This document shows, in pieces, positions 53,413-61,269 of a stretch of DNA of 64,000 nt; positions within the stretch are counted from its first letter, which is position 1, and each line of letters starts with the position of its first letter. Position numbers and translations under genes: made by a program. The notes under the pieces are model-generated. The model did no database searches and was not told the origin of the DNA. It saw nothing but the letters and a program-made list of their open reading frames with translations. Source of the stretch: an uncultured Clostridia bacterium (GTDB taxonomy: Bacteria > Bacillota > Clostridia > Christensenellales > Borkfalkiaceae); the NCBI GenBank assembly GCA_904502225.1, contig CAJGDO010000002.1, positions 1,425 through 65,424 of the forward strand, in the 5' to 3' direction.

Positions 53413-56382
53413 ATGAAATTTTTAACAAAAATCAAATCTATTTATTTGTTAGCAATCGTTGCGATTTTAAGTTTTTGTATGGTATTGTTCCCAGCATTGC
53501 CATCATTTGCAAACGCAACGGAAGGTGAAGAACCAGAATCTGGAGCAGAAGTTGTTCTTCCAGAAGAAGGTGGGGAAACAGAAGGCGAAGAACCAGAAAT
53601 CGTTGTCCCAGAAGAAACAGTTGAAATGGGCACTGGCGAAGTTAAGATTGTATTAGCAAGGTCAGTTGTTCAAAACTATACTGGGGAAGGTGCTTTTGCA
53701 GACAAGGCTAACCAATGGGCAATTATGTTCGGTGCTCATATCACAAAAGCAGAATATGATAACATTACCCAAAACGATACAGCACTTGTTAAGTTTGGTA
53801 TGTTAATCGGGCCAACAAAACTTCTTGAAAGTGTTGAACATACCGATAAAGGTATCTATGCAGACCTTGTTGCAACGGGTTTTGAATCTTTTGCATACGT
53901 AGGTTCAAGCAAGAGTGATGGCCAAGACCTTGGCAAAATGTTTAACGAAGAAGGTGTTGCAGAATATTTGGGCGGTATCATTTATGACCAAACCAAATTA
54001 GGCAATAATTCAATTGCTTTTTCTGCTTTAGAGTTGACTGCTATTCCATTCTATATGAATGCAAACAAGGCAAGTGAAGCAACCAATATCGTTGTTGATT
54101 ATGACGTTGATAACGACGTTTTTGGTAGTGCAAAATCAGCAGTTCCAAGGAATGTTTTAGTTGAAAACTATATTCGTCAAGACGTTGGTAATGAAACAGT
54201 ACCTGGCGACGAAGTTGAAATTGATATTTCAACCATCCAAACTTTCGTAGCACAAGTAAACGCTTTAACTTATAAAAATGATGATGCATATATCTGCCGT
54301 TCAACCAACAGAGTTATGGTTGGTGAAACTGAACAATCAGAATTATCACCATTAGAAATGGCTACTGATGGCAACATCACAAGCACTGCATTTGCAGGTA
54401 AGAGAATTGATGCAACAGGCATTGTTGATGGTGATGACTTGCTTGATGAAACAGTTGTTCAATCTTTACCAATGTATAAAGAAGGCGTATCTGGTCAAGG
54501 CTACTTTGTAATTTACGGTGCAGATTCAATCACCGTTTACGTTGCAAAAGTTGCAGAACGCGTAATTATGCGTTTCGCTGATACTTACACCGGAAACTTT
54601 TCAAAATTTGATGATAGCACTTATATGACTGAAGATGGGGAATTTAACTATACAAATGCTACTGCTATTGATGACACAAAAGACTATTTAGCACAAGCGG
54701 TGCTTGTTTTGACGACTAATAGAAAGACAATCAATAGACGTCAATATCAATCTATTTTCTCTTTTAAGACTAATACCCCTCAAAATATAGTTGCTGGTTC
54801 AGCATCCACAGGCTCTTTCTCATACCAAGATTCAAACGCTGCTATGCAGTTGCGTTTTGCAGATAGGGCGTATGATGGCTTATACGTTTTAGGGGCACAC
54901 ATTGATATGTATCCATTTACAAACACTAAAAACGTCACAACCGGAGACTACGAGTATGCGTTAGACCTTGGCAATGGTTTGCACGATGGTCAACCTGCTT
55001 ATGAGACTGTTGACAAAGAAGGCGCACCTGCAAGAGCAAAGATTGGTAGAGTTGAGGCTGCTGCAGGCACTGGCTTTATTGGAACTTTTGATGGCAGAGG
55101 CTTTTCTATGAATATGAGAAGTAAAGACACAAAGTCTTCTAGAATGCAAGGCGGTATTTTACCACCAGCGTTTGGTGCAACAATCAAAAACGTTGCTTTC
55201 TTAAGTTTAGGCCATAGTTTTGCCAGAAGTGGTGGCACCTATTCAAGTGTTCTCTCTAATGGTGCAGGTATTACAACAGCGGCACGAAACACAACGTTTG
55301 AAAATATTTATGCAGAAGTAAAAGATGCAAAAAATTATTCTGCTGACTATAACAAAGGCATCCTTATGGATATTCAAAACTGTGAATTAAAGAACTTTGT
55401 TGCAAACGTTAGCCTTGTTAACGAAACTGTTATGGGAGCAACGATTTCAACAACAAACGCAACAGGTCAAAATGGCACAGGTGTAGGTCAAGGCGTCACA
55501 ACTGCAGGCGTATTCAATTTCAGAGCATTCACTGATGCTTATTATGATAAGACATTTGTTAAATCTGACGGAACAAAAGGTGCGGTCAGATATGCTACTG
55601 GCGAAGGTCAATGGATTTCACCATATTTTAGGGCTAATATTAGTTTAGATGAAATAAAAGAATATTTCCCAAATATGATTAACACTAACGGTGAGGCTAC
55701 TTGGGATTTGTATAACTGGGCTTGGAATAGTAGCAATAAGGTAGCACCACTTGCAAGTGACTATAATGATATGCTAAACAAAGAACAAGCAAACGAATTC
55801 ACCGGCACAACTGGTCAAAACGTTTATGCAGTCGGTTCGTCTCCGCTTTTCGTCGGTTATGATTACGGTGATGTTTTATATGTATTGAACGGCACAAGTT
55901 ATTATGGTCAACAATTAACGGCAACAAATAGTGCAACCGTGTTTGTAAACAGTGACAAGTTGCCAAAGTTAACAGACGGCACAACGGCAGAAGTTGGTTG
56001 GAGGGTTGTTGAAAACACCACAACAAATGAAGAAACTGGTGAAGAAACAACAACACAAAGTTTAGTTGCTCCACAATCATATAAGATGAGTCAACTTGAC
56101 GATGCAAGATTTGTTTTCGCTGAAGATACAGCTTATACTTTAGGTGAAATCATTTACAAAGGTAAATTATATCGTCACGGTGCAACAAGAATGGCAAACT
56201 TACTTGGCGAATCAAGTGCAGCAGACACGTTAGAAGTTAGATTTATCACTCAAGATGGTTTCTATGACTGTGCAGATGCAACAGAAATGGCAACTTACTT
56301 GACAGAAGAAAACATTAAATTGTTCACTGATTCAGGTTTCTGGAACGTTGTTGACGGTGTTGTTTCTTGGAAAAATGCTTAA
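53413..56382 (+). CDS. Large secreted protein of unknown function (989 aa)
   Basis: It has an AAAGGAG RBS, a signal peptide (MKFLTKIKSIYLLAIVAILSFCMVLFPALPSFANA) and an acidic EGEEPE linker. An internal GFIGTFDGRGFSM motif is reminiscent of GLUG/beta-helix surface proteins. Confidence 0.8.
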   Translation: MKFLTKIKSIYLLAIVAILSFCMVLFPALPSFANATEGEEPESGAEVVLPEEGGETEGEEPEIVVPEETVEMGTGEVKIVLARSVVQNYTGEGAFADKANQWAIMFGAHITKAEYDNITQNDTALVKFGMLIGPTKLLESVEHTDKGIYADLVATGFESFAYVGSSKSDGQDLGKMFNEEGVAEYLGGIIYDQTKLGNNSIAFSALELTAIPFYMNANKASEATNIVVDYDVDNDVFGSAKSAVPRNVLVENYIRQDVGNETVPGDEVEIDISTIQTFVAQVNALTYKNDDAYICRSTNRVMVGETEQSELSPLEMATDGNITSTAFAGKRIDATGIVDGDDLLDETVVQSLPMYKEGVSGQGYFVIYGADSITVYVAKVAERVIMRFADTYTGNFSKFDDSTYMTEDGEFNYTNATAIDDTKDYLAQAVLVLTTNRKTINRRQYQSIFSFKTNTPQNIVAGSASTGSFSYQDSNAAMQLRFADRAYDGLYVLGAHIDMYPFTNTKNVTTGDYEYALDLGNGLHDGQPAYETVDKEGAPARAKIGRVEAAAGTGFIGTFDGRGFSMNMRSKDTKSSRMQGGILPPAFGATIKNVAFLSLGHSFARSGGTYSSVLSNGAGITTAARNTTFENIYAEVKDAKNYSADYNKGILMDIQNCELKNFVANVSLVNETVMGATISTTNATGQNGTGVGQGVTTAGVFNFRAFTDAYYDKTFVKSDGTKGAVRYATGEGQWISPYFRANISLDEIKEYFPNMINTNGEATWDLYNWAWNSSNKVAPLASDYNDMLNKEQANEFTGTTGQNVYAVGSSPLFVGYDYGDVLYVLNGTSYYGQQLTATNSATVFVNSDKLPKLTDGTTAEVGWRVVENTTTNEETGEETTTQSLVAPQSYKMSQLDDARFVFAEDTAYTLGEIIYKGKLYRHGATRMANLLGESSAADTLEVRFITQDGFYDCADATEMATYLTEENIKLFTDSGFWNVVDGVVSWKNA

Positions 56383-56502
56383 TAGCAAAATTTAGAGAAA
56401 TCTAAAATTTAACAAAAACAAAAAAGCGATAGAAAATTCTATCGCTTTTGTTTTTTATATTAAACAAAAAAGAAAAGATTTTTTATCTTTTCTTTTTGCT
56501 TT

Positions 56503-57105
56503 TTATTTATTTAAATCGCTTACCAATCTTAAAACTTTGTTCTTTAAATCTTCTGTGTTTTTATCGTTAATAACAACTAAATATTTTGATAAATCAATTT
56601 TATCGTAATCAACTTGAAAAGCCATTCTTTTTTCAACTTGTTCTTTTGTTAAATTTGAGCGTGTTTTAACGCTTTCAATTCTTTCGTTTTTATCCCTTAA
56701 AACAACAATCGCATTGTCAAAGTGGTCGGCAAACCCACACTCAAAAAGCAGTGGCACTTCCACAAAAACCAACCCGTCTTTGCTTTTTGTTTTTCTTAAA
56801 ATTTGTTCTAAAACAAGTGGGGTTATGGCTTTTGTCAATCCTTCATTGTTTTCCTTATCTTTAAATGCAAGTTCAGAAAGAGTTTTATAGTCTATCCTTA
56901 ACCTTGTTTCACCTTTAACGGCGTTTGGGAAAAGGTCTTTTAAAATGCGTTTGATTTTTGGTTTTTTATAAAGGTCCTTAACGATTTTATCGCTTGAAAG
57001 GGTATGGTGCCCTGCTTTTTCAAGCGTTTCTAAAACCAAACTTTTTCCACTGCCTATTCCACCCGTAATCGCTATAAGTTTTTTTGGCATTTTATTTTGC
57101 GTCAA
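56503..57105 (-). CDS. coaE: Dephospho-CoA kinase
   Basis: It has the P-loop IAITGGIGSGKS. It lies downstream of polA and overlaps it by 14 nt, a conserved pairing. Confidence 0.9.
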   Translation of the reverse strand: MTQNKMPKKLIAITGGIGSGKSLVLETLEKAGHHTLSSDKIVKDLYKKPKIKRILKDLFPNAVKGETRLRIDYKTLSELAFKDKENNEGLTKAITPLVLEQILRKTKSKDGLVFVEVPLLFECGFADHFDNAIVVLRDKNERIESVKTRSNLTKEQVEKRMAFQVDYDKIDLSKYLVVINDKNTEDLKNKVLRLVSDLNK

Positions 57106-59668
57106 ACCACGTTTCGCCCGAGCCTAACTCAACCGTCAAGCGAACTGCAAGTTTTACCGCACCCTCCATTTCTTCAACAAGTATTTTTTCAACTTGTTCT
57201 TTTTCGCTCTTAAAAGCGTCTATAATAAGTTCATCGTGCACTTGCAAGATTAGTTCAGATTTAAGGTTCTCTTTCTTCAATCTGTTATTAACTTTAATCA
57301 TTGCAATCTTTATTATGTCGGCACTGCTACCTTGCAATGGCATATTCATTGCAACACGCTCGCCAAACTGCCTTGTCATATAATTGCTTGAAAGCAATTC
57401 TCTTATATATCTTTTTCTATTAAGAAGTGTTTTAGCATAGCCGTTTGCCTTTGCAAATTCCACGTTGTTTGTCATATATTCTTTAACTTCTGGATATTCG
57501 TTAAAGTATGCAGAAATAAACTCTCTCGCCTCGTAGTTAGATATATTCAAAGTCTTTGCAAGCCCAAACTCGCTCATACCGTAAATTATCCCAAAATTCA
57601 CAGCCTTTGCCCTGCTCCTATAATATGGTGTCATTTCTTCTTGGGTTTTCTTAAACACTTTCATTGCCGTTGCTGTGTGAATATCTTTTCCGCCATTAAA
57701 AGCGTCAATCAAACTTTGGCACTTTGAAAAGCACGCCAAAAGCCTTAACTCTATTTGCGAGTAATCGGCACTAACAAGCACTCTTTCCTTGTCCTTTGCA
57801 ACAAAAAACTTTCTTATTTCCTTGCCTTCTTCTTCTCGAACAGGGATATTTTGCAAGTTTGGCTCTTTGCTCGATAATCGCCCTGTCGCAGTCAAGGTTT
57901 GGTTGAAAGTGGTGTGGATAAGTCCGGTTTTTTTGTCGATTAACGGCTTAAAACCCTCAATATATGTCGAACTGATTTTTTGTAATTGTCTATGCTTTAA
58001 AATAAGTGGCACGATAGGGTGGGCATCTTCAAGCCCTTCTAACACGTCGGCAGAGGTTGAATACCCAGTCTTTGTCTTTTTGCCCTTGCCAATCTTAAGT
58101 TTTTCAAACAACAATTCGCCCAACTGTTTTGGCGAATTGGCGTTTAGCGTTGGTTCGTCCGCAAGCGTTCTAATCTGCTCTTCTATCTTTTCTATTTCCG
58201 CTCTATACTTGTTCCCAGCCGTCAAAAGTGCGTCGTAGTCAACCTTAAAGCCGTTGTCTTCCATTTCTTTTAGCACGTCCGATAAAGGCAATTCAACGTC
58301 ATAGTATAGTGATGTTAGCCCTTCTTCTTTAAGTTTTGCCTTTAATTTTTTGTAAAGTTCAAAAAGAGAAAAGGCTGGCGTTTTGTCGCTTAAACCATAC
58401 TCAATCAAAACGTCATCTAAACTTTCGTCCTTGCCCGAAAAGTCGGCAAGGTATTTTATTATCGCCACGTCCTCGCACTCGGCACTGATTTCTATACCAA
58501 CGTTATTCTTAACGTAATGCTTAAGGGCTTTTTTGTTATATGCGATTATTGTGCTTTCGCCCTTGAAGATAGGGGAAAGGCGTTCTAAAACTTGGCTTTC
58601 CGAAAACCCGTCATCAAGTAGCGTTTGCATAATTTTTATAACGTACTCGGTTTGGCCGTCGCTTAAATTTATGCTGTCTTTATTTATCACTATCGAAACT
58701 TGCTTTGCTAAAAGTGGCAAGTCTTTTTCTATATCGCTAACGTTGACAACTTGTTTAACAGCGTTTACCGTTTTGCTTTCTTCTAAACCTTGTTCGTCTT
58801 GGCTTTGCTCGCTTTGGCTAAACCACTCTTGCTTGTTATAAAGCGACTTAAACTCTAACTCAACAAACCTTTTTCTTACCTTGTCTGAAAATGGAAGGGT
58901 AAAGGTCATTTTGCTTAAATCTGTGTCCACCCCGCAGTTCACGTCAATGGTGGCAAGAGTCTTTGATAAAAACGCACTGTCTTTGCCAGCAACTATCTTT
59001 TCTTGCAATTTGCCCTTTAACTCATCAGTATGCTCGTATAGATTTTCTATTGTTTGGTATTCTTTTAAAAGTGTTTTTGCCGTCTTTTCGCCAACCCCGC
59101 TAACGCCAGGGATATTGTCCGAATTGTCGCCCATAAGTGCTTTTAAATCGGTAATTTGGCTTGGCACAAGTTCGGTCTTTTCAAAAAAGTTGTCTTTATC
59201 ATAAACCTCAACGTCAGAAATTCCACGCACGGTAAAATGCACTTCGGTCTGCTCGTCAACAAGTTGGAAAGAATCCTTATCGCCCGTGATTATAATTGTC
59301 TTAACGTCGGTCGCTTTGGCTATCGTGCCGATTATGTCGTCCGCCTCGCTCCCTTCAAGTTCAAAAGTCTTTATCCCCATTGTTTTAAGCACTTCTTTAA
59401 GTAGTGGGATTTGTGGGCGGAGTTCTTCTGGCATCGGTTTTCTTGTGCCTTTATACTCGGTGTATAATTTGTGCCTAAACGTCGGTGCTTTTAGGTCAAA
59501 CGCCACCCCAACGTACGTCGGTTTTTCGCTCGCAAGCATTTTGAAAAACATATTCATAAACCCGTAAACGGCATTAGTGTTTTCGCCCGACTTGGTCGTC
59601 AAAACAGGCATTGCATAAAATGCTCTGTTGATTAAACTGTTTCCGTCTATCAATACTAATTTTTCCAT
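57092..59668 (-). CDS. polA: DNA polymerase I
   Basis: It has the 5'-3' exonuclease N-terminus (LIDGNSLINRAFYA) and polymerase motifs A (LVSADYSQIELRLLA), B (RSRAKAVNFGIIYG) and C (QVHDE). Confidence 0.95.
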   Translation of the reverse strand: MEKLVLIDGNSLINRAFYAMPVLTTKSGENTNAVYGFMNMFFKMLASEKPTYVGVAFDLKAPTFRHKLYTEYKGTRKPMPEELRPQIPLLKEVLKTMGIKTFELEGSEADDIIGTIAKATDVKTIIITGDKDSFQLVDEQTEVHFTVRGISDVEVYDKDNFFEKTELVPSQITDLKALMGDNSDNIPGVSGVGEKTAKTLLKEYQTIENLYEHTDELKGKLQEKIVAGKDSAFLSKTLATIDVNCGVDTDLSKMTFTLPFSDKVRKRFVELEFKSLYNKQEWFSQSEQSQDEQGLEESKTVNAVKQVVNVSDIEKDLPLLAKQVSIVINKDSINLSDGQTEYVIKIMQTLLDDGFSESQVLERLSPIFKGESTIIAYNKKALKHYVKNNVGIEISAECEDVAIIKYLADFSGKDESLDDVLIEYGLSDKTPAFSLFELYKKLKAKLKEEGLTSLYYDVELPLSDVLKEMEDNGFKVDYDALLTAGNKYRAEIEKIEEQIRTLADEPTLNANSPKQLGELLFEKLKIGKGKKTKTGYSTSADVLEGLEDAHPIVPLILKHRQLQKISSTYIEGFKPLIDKKTGLIHTTFNQTLTATGRLSSKEPNLQNIPVREEEGKEIRKFFVAKDKERVLVSADYSQIELRLLACFSKCQSLIDAFNGGKDIHTATAMKVFKKTQEEMTPYYRSRAKAVNFGIIYGMSEFGLAKTLNISNYEAREFISAYFNEYPEVKEYMTNNVEFAKANGYAKTLLNRKRYIRELLSSNYMTRQFGERVAMNMPLQGSSADIIKIAMIKVNNRLKKENLKSELILQVHDELIIDAFKSEKEQVEKILVEEMEGAVKLAVRLTVELGSGETWFDAK

Positions 59669-59814
59669 AATTTTTCCCTTAAATGCTTGCTAAAATTCTT
59701 TTTTTGTGATATTATCATATAGCAAGTTAGATTTGCTTTTTATTTTTATTATTGTTATTCCTAATAATTTTAACAAAAATACAGCAATTTTGCAACTCTT
59801 AACACAATATTTTT

Positions 59815-59901
59815 GCCGCTGTGGTGAAATTGGCAGACGCGCTGGACTCAAAATCCAGTGGTAGCGATACCGTGCCGGTTCAAGTCCGGCCAGCGGCACC
59901 A
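59815..59901 (+). tRNA. tRNA-Leu (anticodon CAA), CCA encoded
   Basis: I folded the cloverleaf by hand. The acceptor is GCCGCTG/CAGCGGC, the anticodon stem is CTGGA/TCCAG with loop CTCAAAA, the variable arm is long, and the T arm is CCGG-TTCAAGT-CCGG followed by CCA. Confidence 0.95.
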
Positions 59902-60043
59902 AAACAGTATAATCCGAACCAAATACTTGTAACAAGTGAATGGTTCGGATTTGCTTTTACTCTTTAATCATTATAACGGTAGGAATTTACGTTCTTATTG
60001 TTTTTTATTTAGTCATAAATTATTGATTTTCATAAAAAAGCAT

Positions 60044-60082
60044 AGCACACTATACTTCGCAAAGCGAAGAAGTGTGCTTTTA
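60044..60082 (+). terminator. Nested hairpin plus T-run; second copy of the element at 10266
   Basis: The outer stem AGCACAC/GTGTGCT encloses TATACTTCGC-aaa-GCGAAGAA and is followed by TTTTAATT. It lies between tRNA-Leu and the integrase gene. Confidence 0.5.
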
Positions 60083-60106
60083 ATTATTTAAAAAGGAGAT
60101 GTTATT

Positions 60107-61018
60107 ATGAAATATAAAAATTGGTTAAACGAGTGGCTTGCTTTGTACGTCAAGCCCACTACGAAAATAAGAACGTACAAAAAATATCAAAGACAAATAG
60201 AACTACATATACTCCCCGCGCTTGGCGAGTTTGAGCTACACGAGTTAATGGCAACCGTTTTGCAACGTTTCACTGTTGATTTATCCGAAAAAGGTTTATC
60301 CGCAAATACCGTGAACTGCATTATATCCGTGCTAAAATCTTCTTTGCGCCGAGCAGTTTTACTTGGTGTAACGGACACAGAGTTTACGATGGCTATCGTG
60401 CGCCCTAAACAGCGTGAAAAGCAAGTTGATTGCTTTTCTAAAGAAGAACAGCGCAAAATTGAGCAATATATCTTTGAAAAGAAGAAAAACAAAATGTTCG
60501 GCGTGGTGCTTTGTCTTTATACGGGCTTGCGTATTGGAGAATTGCTATCCCTTACTTGGGATGACGTGGACTTACAAAAAGGAATTATAACCGTTTCTAA
60601 ATCTTGCCACGACTCTTGGGAAAACGGCGAATACGTTAAGATTACAGATACCCCGAAAACGGATTGCTCCGAGCGTATTATTCCTATTCCAAAGCAACTG
60701 CTTATAAGGTTAAGAGAACACAAGAAAGCGTCAAGCGGAAACTACGTTATTTTTGGTGAACGCATACACGGTGCACAGATTCGCTCCTATCAAAAGAGTT
60801 TTGAATTACTTTTGAAAAGACTAAAATTGCCACATAAAGGTTTTCACTCTCTTCGTCACACGTTTGCAACAAGGGCTTTAGAGTGCGGTATGGATATTAA
60901 AACGCTATCTGAAATTTTAGGGCATAAAAATCCTATGGTTACCTTAAATCGATACGCCCACTCTTTACTCGAACATAAGACGGAAATGATGAATAGGCTT
61001 GGAAAACTCCTATTATAA
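60107..61018 (+). CDS. Tyrosine-type site-specific integrase
   Basis: It has an N-terminal SAM-like core-binding domain and catalytic-domain motifs (TGLRIGELLSLTWDDVD, HSLRHTFATRALE, LGH...TLNRYAH). It lies 205 nt downstream of tRNA-Leu. Confidence 0.9.
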   Translation: MKYKNWLNEWLALYVKPTTKIRTYKKYQRQIELHILPALGEFELHELMATVLQRFTVDLSEKGLSANTVNCIISVLKSSLRRAVLLGVTDTEFTMAIVRPKQREKQVDCFSKEEQRKIEQYIFEKKKNKMFGVVLCLYTGLRIGELLSLTWDDVDLQKGIITVSKSCHDSWENGEYVKITDTPKTDCSERIIPIPKQLLIRLREHKKASSGNYVIFGERIHGAQIRSYQKSFELLLKRLKLPHKGFHSLRHTFATRALECGMDIKTLSEILGHKNPMVTLNRYAHSLLEHKTEMMNRLGKLLL

Positions 61019-61269
61019 ACGCGCTAAAAGCACAAGAAAACGGCGAGATAGCCTCTCGCCGTTTTCTACATAGAATATTCTAATCTATGTAATTATTTTA
61101 AATCTTCTTAACGAAAAAGTCAACTATATTTATATTTGGAAGCAAAAATTGATAGCAAAAATTACTTTTGATAAAAATTCTATGAATTTTTTATATAAAT
61201 TCTACGCGGATTAGAATAATCTATGCCAAAAATAAAAAAGAAAAATTCATTTATCATTGGAGGATTTCT

